Below are positions 1 to 9,504 of a stretch of DNA of 31,970 bases, piece after piece. Where the stretch lies: contig NJBF01000041.1 in assembly GCA_003144275.1 (NCBI GenBank), positions 1 to 31,970 on the forward strand, written 5' to 3'. The stretch is from Candidatus Heimdallarchaeota archaeon B3_Heim. GTDB taxonomy: Archaea > Asgardarchaeota > Heimdallarchaeia > Hodarchaeales > Hodarchaeaceae. The notes beneath the pieces are model-generated. The model had not been told where the DNA came from, searched no databases, and saw nothing but the letters and a program-made list of their open reading frames with translations. The stretch's first letter is position 1. Each line of letters starts with the position of its first letter. The position numbers and the translations under genes are program-made.

Positions 1-2
1 TT

Positions 3-113
3 GTTGATTGGCTGGATTATGATCAAAAATTCGGTAGTACACTTTCAGATTTACTTACTGCCCTAACCAAGGTAGTTCCTTCAATGGAGGTTACGCGTTG
101 TAAGAATTATTAA
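3..113 (+). CDS. Probable 3' end of a gene entering from outside the window (VDWLDYDQKF...TRCKNY*)
   Basis: Frame open from position 3 to TAA at 111-113, convergent with the A2M gene; too short to assign a function. Confidence 0.35.
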   Translation, partial: VDWLDYDQKFGSTLSDLLTALTKVVPSMEVTRCKNY

Positions 114-137
114 AAAAAAAGTGGGAAAGGAGAAAAG
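112..137 (-). terminator. Pyrimidine/U-tract terminator of the A2M gene
   Basis: On the minus strand, CTTTTCTCCTTTCCCAC followed by a T9 run directly after the TAG stop. Confidence 0.5.
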
Positions 138-3100
138 CTATATGCCATGTTTGCGAACATATACGCTAATCCCTATTCCAGTCACAATAGCAAATAATAA
201 TAAAGAGACTATGGGGATGAGTGGTATAAATATTACCTCCAAATCCAGCATTTGAACACTTTCACTTGTTACAAAGACATTTCCCGCGTAATCCATAATT
301 TCAACAAATACACGAGCATTCCCCGTTGTTAATCCTTGAGCTTTAGCATTCCACCCGTTGCCTTCCTCGAAACAATCGAATGAATACCATGAGGATTGCT
401 TGATATAAACAATTACGGATGCAACACCCCAATTATCCGCCGCTGACACTTCGATATTCAGATAAGGAGATGAAGTATCTTGTACTTCAGAAAGCTTGAG
501 CTTAAGGAGAGAAGGATAGCTTAAATCTTTGATAATTTGACCTGTTTGTGGATCAATTGGCACTCGTGCTTCACCCAAGACTGCAGGCGCACTTTTCACC
601 ATCCAATCGTCGTACATACTTGACAACTTGGCTGGAATTACTAAAGATTGACGTATATTCGAAGCAATTAACCCGTAGCTTACCTCTGTTTTTCCCGTTG
701 GTAATTGGGAGAAGAAAAAAGTAATTCCTCTACTTGTAATCTGGTACGTTTGCTGTGAATGTTGAATAGTGCTTGGATCAACAGAGAAACCAGCAGGTAT
801 AGATTCTTCTAACATTAAGAAGTTCATAGGGTCATTATCATTTGTTACTATTAGAGTGACAAGGATAAGATCTCCAGGTTGAATATATTTCTCATTTGAA
901 AACTCTCGATCCAATGTTAACCCTGAGACACTCGATTTCGAAAGAAGACTCAAGTCAACTTCAGGCAAAGGAGCTGGTACGGGTGTTGATGATAGCGCAG
1001 AAAGTATTCCTTCGGTCGAGCTGAGCACAACTAGATCTATTGGTCCATATTGTCGACTGATAATTCCTGGGGAAAATGATGATTGTTCACTATTTGAGAG
1101 TAGATAGACAATTTCGAATCCTGGAATAGAATATACCCCTGGAGTGTCTGGGACTTCATATTTGAAGTTCAATGTTGTATTTTGAGTTAATAGTTGAATG
1201 GTTTGGGGAAGATTGATCACAGGAAGTATTTCTCCTTGTACGGGTTTGATAGTGATATTCGCTGCGAAAATTTCGGATGATAAAGGTGTAAGGCGGATTG
1301 GTACATTGACTTCCTGACTGGGAGCAGAAGAGACCTCAGATGGTATTAGAATATCAGGTAGCGATCTAAGAGTCTGTTGACTAAAGAAGTAATAACTGAC
1401 ATTCCCCGTCCCAGTTTTACTTAATGTCAAGTTGTTCTCTCCAGGTTGGATTATAGATTTGAGATCCAGATAAATTACTGACTGTCCATTAATAGACAAA
1501 TCGTAATCACCTATTTCTTTCTCATTTAGGTATATCTTTACATTTGCGTCTTCATCTGAACTGAAACCCTCTATACTGAGGGTAATTAAACTTGAGATGG
1601 CAGCTGCTGTATCAGCTGTATTTCCCCATCCATATCGAGATTGTTTCTGTAACAACCATTGAACAGCACCTCGAATAATGGGCATATGGGAGGCAGGATC
1701 AGTCTTAACTAATGCTTGTAATGCTAACCCCGTAATTTCTACCTGCCCACCTAATGCTCTCCAATATCCAGGATTTGTTGAATATTTCCAATGATTCCCA
1801 TCTCCAGATAATTGAACTTCACTCACTAAATAGGAGATCAGTGTGGATTCGAATGCAGGAGAGCCAAATTGAGAATCCATGACTGCATCCAGATACAGAG
1901 CAGCTAAATAAGATGATTGTTTAGTGGAATCACCCCATGCATTGGAAATATAGCTAATGGCATCATTTATCGGATCGTTATCCACTAATTCAGAAGACCA
2001 TCTAACAAGTGATCGTAGAGCGAAAGCTGTGAAAGAAAAACCGTCAATATTTCGCCACGAGTCAACAGTCCAGCTTCCATCATTGTTTTGTTTTGTCAGG
2101 ATGGACTGGAGAGCCCCTTTCACAACTGCAGGATCGACGTAGATCCCTACATCTCGAACGGCACTCAATCCGTAAAGGACAAGAGCAGTCATATAAACTC
2201 GTGAGGAATCACTTGACCACCAGCCCCAGCCTCCATCAGGATGTTGTTGACTATACAACCGAGATAACCCAGTAACGAGCATATCAGTTAATAAATCGGC
2301 AGTTTCATTTGTTAATTGACCCGTTTGATTGAGATAATCTAATATTAGCGCATCAGGCACAACTCGAGATATGGTTTGTTCTGTACAACCATAAGGATAA
2401 CCCACTAATCGCTCCCATGAGCTGATTGCAGTTGCTCCTAGTCCTAGCGATAATTCGAGAAATTCAATTTTTTTGACCGCTTCGGAGTACTGGTAATAAT
2501 CAAATTGAGGGTCTTGAGAAACAAAGCTGCTGTTTTTGAATTCCAATTCAACGCCATTTGGTATGATGTCAACTGCTTTTCTTATGGCATCAGAATAACG
2601 AGTTCCATTAGCCAGCTCTGTAGTGGCAAAAATAGTTACATTTACAAAATTGGCATCTTCAGCCAAACAGGCCCAAGAAATTGAACCTAAAAAGTCACCT
2701 GGCAATCGAATTCTTTGTGATGCTTCACCTAAGACAGTTATTCCCTCTGCAGGGTCTATAGAGACATCAATATCAGTTAATTCGCCTAGGTAATTGTACA
2801 CGACACCTTTAATTATGAATATATCGTCTTGAAGGACAAATGGATCCTTCACTATGTCAACAAAGAATGGAATAAAGGTCGTGAATGTATATTTTTCTAA
2901 TACACCAATTCCAGAAGTAGGTGAGGTAGCTACAACTCTCACTGTCCATTCACCAATAGTATCAGGAAGTGTTAGTGTTATGGACATTGATCCATCTTCG
3001 GTAACATTAAATGGTATCCAATAGGCATTCTCAGGCAAATTATCTCTGATTTTCTGACCCACATCGGCATCAGGAGCCCCTTCATCACCTGATTTCACCC

Positions 3101-6011
3101 CTTGCGCTGTAGGAGCAATATTAGCAGAATCTTCCATGAAGAACACATCAATCCCATATCCACCTCTCCAATAGGAGGGATATCCAAATCCATAGAAATC
3201 ATCATACCACCAGAACCACCAGTCTTGCTGTCGACTTTTCCATGAGGATACGGTCCAGACTGAAGGCCAAAACTCTTGTTCCTTAAAATGTTCCGTTTCA
3301 GTTTCAGGATCTGGCTCAACTCCGAATACAGAACTGTCAATGAAAGATATTGCCAGTACAGTTGACACAGGATTTTTATTAGCATCATATACTTGAATGT
3401 CTATTTTCGCCTCTTCACCTGGTGTATAAACATCCTTATCAGAGTTGATTTCCACAATAAGGGTAGAATCGATTTCCACGTACAAACGTACTTCTTGGAC
3501 TAATCCAGTAGACAAGATTGCAAATCCATAAATCCATACTTTCGGAGCAAGAGGAGTTATATCCGTAATCGTGATACTAAATGAATCTGCATTACTCTGT
3601 GGGACATATTGTGTTGTAAGAATCCCTTTTTTCACAAATTGGACCATTACAGGAGCATTGGTCTCCCCTTCAACTTGGCCAGATATGGTCATACTGTCAG
3701 AAAGAGTATAGCTTGGTTTATCCAAACTCATAGAAAACTTTTGAGAGGGACCGACCGTGAATGAAACCGTTGTGTCATATCTATAGTAATTATACGAACC
3801 CCATTCGTATGTAAAAGTCTTACTTACGTAAATATGAACAAGATACTCGCCATTTGGAGCAAAAGATGAGAGCTGAAAAGAGAATTTCTCTCCAGAGTTT
3901 GAAACATCACTTGTTTTCTCACCTATCAGCTCATAATCTGTATCAAAAATGCGAACTCGTACACTTCCAGACATAGCAGTAAATGTGAGTATATTATGGA
4001 GACTAACATCAATACTAACTGTATCACCAGATAAGTATGTCTCTTTATCTAACTCCGCATCTGTTCTTGAAAGATCTACAGAAAAGTAGAACGTCGACAT
4101 TCCATTTCGTCCATCACCCGAATCTAATTCTACTACGCCTTTGAACCTAGTTGTTAAACTTAACACTGCTTGGGGAATATTAAATTCAAACCGTCCATAA
4201 CCATCTGCTTCGGTTTGTGATTTATAGGTGGCGACATGAACAGTAACTGATGTCGATAACATCCCGTATAACTTGATAGTCACATCGGCCTCAGGTAGCG
4301 GTTGATAACTTCTCCAATAATAAAATCCGTATGAATACTGGTATGCACCAAAATATAGTGTTACGTTCTGATCTGCTTTGGGGAACCATGGATTTACCCA
4401 TGCCCAAACATACACGTTTTCAGTAATTTGTACTGATGTAGAAATAGATACTTCACGATTTACAGTATCAGTTACTGTTGCATTTAATGATAATGCATAT
4501 AATCCACTTTCCTCTAGAGAACTCGGTAATTTATAAGAAAACTTCCACATTCCATCTTCATCAGTAATTCCAGAAAGAGTTGTTATATCGCCAATAAGGA
4601 GCTCAACCTGTCCTTGAACGACTGGTTTACCAAAGTAGTATACCGCACTTAACGTCCCAGAAACCTTTTGACCTGGAGCAACATATTCCTTATCCAATTC
4701 AATTTCGACTCGGTAGGCAGGTTTCTCATATTTATCGACACGGATGTCTGTCGTGGTTATAACTTCATCTTTCTGAGTTACTATACTGTAGGCACCCAGT
4801 TCGCTTTCAGAATCGAGTTTGAAAGAGTATGTAGCAATACCAAACGAATTCGACTTCAGAGTTTTTTGAAACAATGTATGTTGGGATGGAGTATGCAATT
4901 TCAGGGTGAATGATGTTGCAATAGGCTCCTTTGTCGCTTTCAAATAATCATTATGCCATAAAAGGATACGTGCTTGCACGGTTTCGCCTGGATTATAAAT
5001 GGGTTTATCAGTGGTGACAATAAACTCGTAGGGACTGAATTCCTGATAGCCATCTGAAGTCCAGTAGTATCCACCTTGATAAATATCGCGTAAAACGTAG
5101 GTTGTTTCACCATTAAATGAAACTGATAGATTCGCTAAAAAGTGATAGTTCTCACTGAAATTGGATGGTGGAGTAAAAACAATTTCAGTTACTCCCTGAA
5201 CATCTGAGATTCCAGCAAATAACTCTTCTGAGTATAGTGAATATTTATCCGTTTGATAATCATATGTGTACAACTCCCCAGTAAGTGTTACTGCGGCTCC
5301 TGTGATAGGAGAAAAGTCTGTTGTATTTAATGCATAGGCAACGGAATAATGTGGCTGTCCTTTAGCGAATTCTCGCGACACCCTCCAGAAAATGCCTATT
5401 TCAGCTACATTAAACGAACGAGATTTGTAATAGTAATTCTCCTCGGAACGAATTATTATTGAATACCGTCCGCGATCAGATGATTGAAACACTCCTTCAT
5501 ATTGACCATCTGCATCTGTTTGTTTAGTTATTCTTTCAATAACCCGATTATCGTAATCTACACTATCATAATAATAATAATGATACCACCCCCAGTATTC
5601 TCCTTTGATTATCTCTATTGTTATCCATTCCCCGGGAGCTGGATTCATTCCCCTTGAAGCTTGAATTACATACTTTAGAGGTTGACCAGGTTGAGTGATT
5701 TCTTTCTCAAGGTCGATTTGTATGATTAAACGCTCATCATCATCTTGAACAGTCTTTGATGACACTGCGGAAGTCATATTATTGAAATTTAGAGGACTAG
5801 GGTTAAAAGACTGTAAACCAGATGGTTCAAGTTGTTCTAAGGCCTGAATTTCCGGTTTAAGATCAGGTACTGCACATTCAAAATTATTCAAATCATTAAC
5901 CGATTTAGTATCTTGATTTGAATCTAAATCTGCTGATGTAACCTGTACTATTCCAATTAATAAAACTAATAAGAGTGTTAAGCTAATAACTTTGTGTTTA
6001 ATCATTTTCAT
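138..6011 (-). CDS. Alpha-2-macroglobulin / thioester-containing protein (TEP family), secreted and C-terminally membrane-anchored
   Basis: Thioester motif PYGCTEQ (GCTEQ at 2376-2390); MG-domain motifs TDKPIYNPGETV and YEKPAYRV; IRDNLPENAYW and LPDTIGEW after the bait region; DGGWGWW and DGSW helical-barrel motifs; N-terminal signal peptide; C-terminal hydrophobic helix plus RKH. Start moved from the track's TTG at 6080 to ATG 6011 because of the TATA box position and the signal peptide. Confidence 0.93.
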   Translation of the reverse strand: MKMIKHKVISLTLLLVLLIGIVQVTSADLDSNQDTKSVNDLNNFECAVPDLKPEIQALEQLEPSGLQSFNPSPLNFNNMTSAVSSKTVQDDDERLIIQIDLEKEITQPGQPLKYVIQASRGMNPAPGEWITIEIIKGEYWGWYHYYYYDSVDYDNRVIERITKQTDADGQYEGVFQSSDRGRYSIIIRSEENYYYKSRSFNVAEIGIFWRVSREFAKGQPHYSVAYALNTTDFSPITGAAVTLTGELYTYDYQTDKYSLYSEELFAGISDVQGVTEIVFTPPSNFSENYHFLANLSVSFNGETTYVLRDIYQGGYYWTSDGYQEFSPYEFIVTTDKPIYNPGETVQARILLWHNDYLKATKEPIATSFTLKLHTPSQHTLFQKTLKSNSFGIATYSFKLDSESELGAYSIVTQKDEVITTTDIRVDKYEKPAYRVEIELDKEYVAPGQKVSGTLSAVYYFGKPVVQGQVELLIGDITTLSGITDEDGMWKFSYKLPSSLEESGLYALSLNATVTDTVNREVSISTSVQITENVYVWAWVNPWFPKADQNVTLYFGAYQYSYGFYYWRSYQPLPEADVTIKLYGMLSTSVTVHVATYKSQTEADGYGRFEFNIPQAVLSLTTRFKGVVELDSGDGRNGMSTFYFSVDLSRTDAELDKETYLSGDTVSIDVSLHNILTFTAMSGSVRVRIFDTDYELIGEKTSDVSNSGEKFSFQLSSFAPNGEYLVHIYVSKTFTYEWGSYNYYRYDTTVSFTVGPSQKFSMSLDKPSYTLSDSMTISGQVEGETNAPVMVQFVKKGILTTQYVPQSNADSFSITITDITPLAPKVWIYGFAILSTGLVQEVRLYVEIDSTLIVEINSDKDVYTPGEEAKIDIQVYDANKNPVSTVLAISFIDSSVFGVEPDPETETEHFKEQEFWPSVWTVSSWKSRQQDWWFWWYDDFYGFGYPSYWRGGYGIDVFFMEDSANIAPTAQGVKSGDEGAPDADVGQKIRDNLPENAYWIPFNVTEDGSMSITLTLPDTIGEWTVRVVATSPTSGIGVLEKYTFTTFIPFFVDIVKDPFVLQDDIFIIKGVVYNYLGELTDIDVSIDPAEGITVLGEASQRIRLPGDFLGSISWACLAEDANFVNVTIFATTELANGTRYSDAIRKAVDIIPNGVELEFKNSSFVSQDPQFDYYQYSEAVKKIEFLELSLGLGATAISSWERLVGYPYGCTEQTISRVVPDALILDYLNQTGQLTNETADLLTDMLVTGLSRLYSQQHPDGGWGWWSSDSSRVYMTALVLYGLSAVRDVGIYVDPAVVKGALQSILTKQNNDGSWTVDSWRNIDGFSFTAFALRSLVRWSSELVDNDPINDAISYISNAWGDSTKQSSYLAALYLDAVMDSQFGSPAFESTLISYLVSEVQLSGDGNHWKYSTNPGYWRALGGQVEITGLALQALVKTDPASHMPIIRGAVQWLLQKQSRYGWGNTADTAAAISSLITLSIEGFSSDEDANVKIYLNEKEIGDYDLSINGQSVIYLDLKSIIQPGENNLTLSKTGTGNVSYYFFSQQTLRSLPDILIPSEVSSAPSQEVNVPIRLTPLSSEIFAANITIKPVQGEILPVINLPQTIQLLTQNTTLNFKYEVPDTPGVYSIPGFEIVYLLSNSEQSSFSPGIISRQYGPIDLVVLSSTEGILSALSSTPVPAPLPEVDLSLLSKSSVSGLTLDREFSNEKYIQPGDLILVTLIVTNDNDPMNFLMLEESIPAGFSVDPSTIQHSQQTYQITSRGITFFFSQLPTGKTEVSYGLIASNIRQSLVIPAKLSSMYDDWMVKSAPAVLGEARVPIDPQTGQIIKDLSYPSLLKLKLSEVQDTSSPYLNIEVSAADNWGVASVIVYIKQSSWYSFDCFEEGNGWNAKAQGLTTGNARVFVEIMDYAGNVFVTSESVQMLDLEVIFIPLIPIVSLLLFAIVTGIGISVYVRKHGI

Positions 6012-6044
6012 CACTTTTAAAGAAAGATGGATCCTTTTTTTTCT

Positions 6045-6052
6045 GATATAAA
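6045..6052 (-). promoter_or_regulatory. Archaeal TATA box (TTTATATC) for the A2M gene
   Basis: About 35 nt upstream of ATG 6011 on the minus strand. Confidence 0.5.
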
Positions 6053-6209
6053 TGGAGTTTCGAGTCTTATTAGATACCAAGCATTAGAACACCCAAAATT
6101 AGGCTGTTCTAGTGTTTCGAACCTGTACCGGGTTGCTTTCTTTCACTGATTTTATCCAATTATGGTTACAAAAAATTGGATACAACCTACACTGACCATA
6201 TTTTTCTTT

Positions 6210-8819
6210 TTAATGAAAAAATTCAGTTAATGGGATTATAAAACGACCACTTAGAGCTTCATTCTCATTGAGTGAAATCCCAAACCGATTACTCGCCCCA
6301 AGTATTTCTTTAATGTAGTGAATACGATCAATTTCTTTTGTACCAGTCCGAAAAACGTCAGGATGATATGCGCGTTTAAATTGAGGTTGACTTAGTGCAC
6401 TCTTTGCTATAATATAAGGGAAACCATCCCACTGTTTCCATTCTACCTCAGGATCTAAGTTTTGATCTTTGCAGTAATTGAGAAACGCACCTACTGCAGG
6501 CGTTCGAGTTTTATACTTCGTTGGCGCACGTTTTACTGGTCCTCTGATACTTAATTCGGTGAGTAAGTCATCTATGGAAGATTTCAAGATAAATCGACAA
6601 GTTTGAATAACTAATTTTCGAGCATTCTGTAATCGATTCTCAGAAAAATCCATTAACAATCTTTCAAGGAGTGTCCGTTGAGTGTGCTTCGCTAAGGGGG
6701 ACCAGTCAGAACGAACAGCTTCGAAACCTCGAATGATTACCTCTTGAGAGATTAGGGAGAGATAGGCATAAGCTTTCTTTCGTCCCTTTTTTAGAATGAT
6801 TCTAAAGGCAATATCTTCAAGTTTTAATTCCAAGAGATCAGGAAGATTAGTTGTGAGATAATGTTGATATTCATGGATATAACTTTCAAGTAATTTAATG
6901 CTTTTATTTCGCTTCTCTTCAGATAATGAAGGAAGAAAATCAGAGGGGCGCAAGTTAGGACTAATAAACTCACAAAAAATCGAATCTGTATCACCATATC
7001 TAACTTCTACATCATAATTATGATTCTTTGAAAATTGCTTTGTCCATTCCTGCAATCTTTCTCCTAATAACTCCCGAGCGATCCCTGTGATGCTATTTGA
7101 TAAGAGATGATGATAAAAACGCCCACGAGGGTAGTTCGCCGCACCACATAGTGAGTTAGCCATCAGTTTTAAAGAGCGTTGCTGTTTTTCAAGTAGAGGT
7201 ACATTTCTCTGTTGGTTAGGAGAGGGGCTTTCCTTTTTAAGAGAATTTAAACGGCTAATAGAATTATATCTCTCAACCAGTATTCGATCCATAAGGTCAG
7301 CGAACGCACCTCTTGGATGTCTCAGAAAACGATCTTCAGGTTTTTTAGACTCAGAGTGGGAAAGTAACGTTTCCCCAGATATATTATGCTGTCTTACTAT
7401 GTTTGGATACAACGATCGAAAGTCAAGAATGGCTACAAATAATGCTTCATCTACTTCTGGGTCTATAACCCAACCCCCGAGATGAGGGTATTTTTCTTTT
7501 AATGCGTTCCGCTTTGATATCTCAGTTTTTGTTGGTTTAGAAGGAACAAGGATGTCTCTCTCATGTAAAATACGCATTAATTCAAATTCTCCTATATTAC
7601 GACTAGTGGAGAGTAAGCCTTCAGGTAAGGGGTAACCAGCCAGTTTACATAACTCAACAGTAGTATTTACACCTAATTCGGAAACTAACCGAAAGGTGAG
7701 GATTGAATCAGTGATTGAATATTGGTAGAACAGATCCTCATCAGTTTGAGACCCTTTAATGCTATGCCTCCATAATTCTCCCAGGCTTTTATCTGACTTG
7801 ATTTTGGTCTCCCCCAACATCAAACTGGCAATTGTGTCTAAATTCTTTTGACCTGAAAGAGGATGAATATGCCATGTTTTGGGTAATAGATCGACAATTG
7901 CCCTTCCTTTCAAACGATATCCATCAGTTGGGACACTAGTCCGAATAATATCAGTTTGTCGGTTTTCGAATAGTGCAAGCGACCCCAAAGATAAACTATA
8001 CCGGCTCATTCGCGCTTTAAGATAAGGAATGTCGAAGTAAGTACCATTAAAGGAAACAAGAATATCTGGAGAGATGGTTCTTAAATTTACAATGAAATCG
8101 TGCAGTAATTTCTTTTCAGCAGCATCATTATCGGCGTCCAGAATGAGCGCACTAGCTTCAGGTTTATCTACTCCAAGTTTTCCCCAAGCATACGAAATAG
8201 CCGTAATTCTGCGTATTTTATCGTTGAATAATTCTTGAAAAGATTCCCCCTGTTCATTCACTTCGATATCAAATGCGAGAACTATTGGTAGATAATCAGT
8301 ATTTTGCGAGGGAGAAAGGTTCACATTTTGATATCCTGTCTCCATCACAATTTCAGAAGAGGTTTCATTAGTGATATTTCCAGTTACAGAGAGCGTATGT
8401 AAAGCTCTTAATTTCTGATCAATCAAAAATCGTTTTGTAAAAGGAATATCTGCTTCTAAGACCTTGAACCCTTTACGTTCGAAAACTGAACGAACATTGG
8501 GAACCTGATATGGACGGCGACCAATGATCTTTGTTAGAATCTTTTTTTTTGCCCCAAAATATGTCTGTTTGTGACATATTTGTGTGGAAATAGTCCATGA
8601 TTGTAATAACCCCTCCTCTTCACTAATGATTTCTTGAACGTTTTCCTCTGAGGTTTCAACATAAAAGTAGGGGGAAAATCCTTTTACTATGACTTCCACC
8701 CTTTTATTTCCAGATTTTCCCCACAAATGAATATTGGTCGATTTTTGATTATCAGAAACAGAATAATCAGCATCTAACAGAACAAACTCAATGTCTGTTT
8801 CAAAATTCTGTTTCATCAT
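6210..8819 (-). CDS. polB: Family B DNA polymerase, archaeal PolB3-like, with motif B Tyr->Cys
   Basis: N-terminal uracil-sensing-domain motifs (LLDADY, FSPYFYV, EADIPFTKRFLID); ExoI FDIE, ExoII NGTYFDIPYL, ExoIII YSITD; motif A DFRSLYP; motif B KLMANSLCG; motif C YGDTDS; KKAYA; RGFEAVRSDWS; C-terminal LTEFF resembling a PIP box. ATG 8819 is preceded by GGTG. Confidence 0.93.
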   Translation of the reverse strand: MMKQNFETDIEFVLLDADYSVSDNQKSTNIHLWGKSGNKRVEVIVKGFSPYFYVETSEENVQEIISEEEGLLQSWTISTQICHKQTYFGAKKKILTKIIGRRPYQVPNVRSVFERKGFKVLEADIPFTKRFLIDQKLRALHTLSVTGNITNETSSEIVMETGYQNVNLSPSQNTDYLPIVLAFDIEVNEQGESFQELFNDKIRRITAISYAWGKLGVDKPEASALILDADNDAAEKKLLHDFIVNLRTISPDILVSFNGTYFDIPYLKARMSRYSLSLGSLALFENRQTDIIRTSVPTDGYRLKGRAIVDLLPKTWHIHPLSGQKNLDTIASLMLGETKIKSDKSLGELWRHSIKGSQTDEDLFYQYSITDSILTFRLVSELGVNTTVELCKLAGYPLPEGLLSTSRNIGEFELMRILHERDILVPSKPTKTEISKRNALKEKYPHLGGWVIDPEVDEALFVAILDFRSLYPNIVRQHNISGETLLSHSESKKPEDRFLRHPRGAFADLMDRILVERYNSISRLNSLKKESPSPNQQRNVPLLEKQQRSLKLMANSLCGAANYPRGRFYHHLLSNSITGIARELLGERLQEWTKQFSKNHNYDVEVRYGDTDSIFCEFISPNLRPSDFLPSLSEEKRNKSIKLLESYIHEYQHYLTTNLPDLLELKLEDIAFRIILKKGRKKAYAYLSLISQEVIIRGFEAVRSDWSPLAKHTQRTLLERLLMDFSENRLQNARKLVIQTCRFILKSSIDDLLTELSIRGPVKRAPTKYKTRTPAVGAFLNYCKDQNLDPEVEWKQWDGFPYIIAKSALSQPQFKRAYHPDVFRTGTKEIDRIHYIKEILGASNRFGISLNENEALSGRFIIPLTEFFH

Positions 8820-8875
8820 CGACACCAAACAATTTCATATTGATTTATCAGAACTGGTATCAATTTTAAGCTAAG

Positions 8876-9403
8876 TTATTCGGCCAATTTCTTCAAACCA
8901 GCAAGATAACGGGGAGCTAGTTCAGCATACAGATTTGCTGAAAACTCAATCAATGTGTGGTTAGTTTTGGAAATTTTTCTCACAAATTTTGCTGGTACAC
9001 CAACTACCAGAGATTCTTCTTGTATAATTTGTTTCCCAGTAACCAATGAACCAGCTGCTATTAAACACCAATCATGTATTACTGCATGGTCATTAACAAT
9101 AGCTCCCATTCCTATGATAACATTATTATGAATTGTAGGTCCGTATACAATTGCACCATGCCCAATTGTGACATTATCTCCTATTATCGCAACTTGATCA
9201 GGGCCAGCATGCAAAACACAATTTTCTTGAATCGAAGTTCGGTTTCCAATACGAATTCTACCGTAGTCCCCACGAATTTTGGCTCCTGGGCCTATATAAC
9301 AGTTGTTGCCGATTTTTACATCTCCAATCACTTCTGCCGTACTAGCAACATACGAATCCTCCCCAAGAATTGGAGTAGAGTCTTCAAATTGATAGAGTGT
9401 CAT
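8876..9403 (-). CDS. Gamma-carbonic anhydrase family hexapeptide-repeat protein (YrdA/CaiE/PaaY-like)
   Basis: Hexapeptide repeats, IRGDYGRI, IQENCVLH, IGHGAIVYG, GVPAKFVR; likely start MTLYQF at 9403. Confidence 0.88.
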   Translation of the reverse strand: MTLYQFEDSTPILGEDSYVASTAEVIGDVKIGNNCYIGPGAKIRGDYGRIRIGNRTSIQENCVLHAGPDQVAIIGDNVTIGHGAIVYGPTIHNNVIIGMGAIVNDHAVIHDWCLIAAGSLVTGKQIIQEESLVVGVPAKFVRKISKTNHTLIEFSANLYAELAPRYLAGLKKLAE

Positions 9404-9460
9404 AATTATTCTAATATTATTACTCATGATCCCCGCTTTTCAAGATTTTTATAATGACAG

Positions 9461-9490
9461 AAAAAGGAAAGCAGGAGGAATCCTCCTGCT
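9461..9490 (-). terminator. Hairpin plus U-tract terminator for the membrane protein gene
   Basis: Perfect 9-bp stem AGCAGGAGG-(3 nt)-CCTCCTGCT at 9470-9490, followed on the minus strand by TTCCTTTTT, 15 nt after the stop at 9505. Confidence 0.7.
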
Positions 9491-9504
9491 ATCTTGAAAA
9501 ATTA

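Noticed and set aside
6012-6080. N-terminal extension MVSNKTRN... of A2M
   Set aside because: It is TTG-initiated, overlaps the TATA box and would bury the signal peptide.
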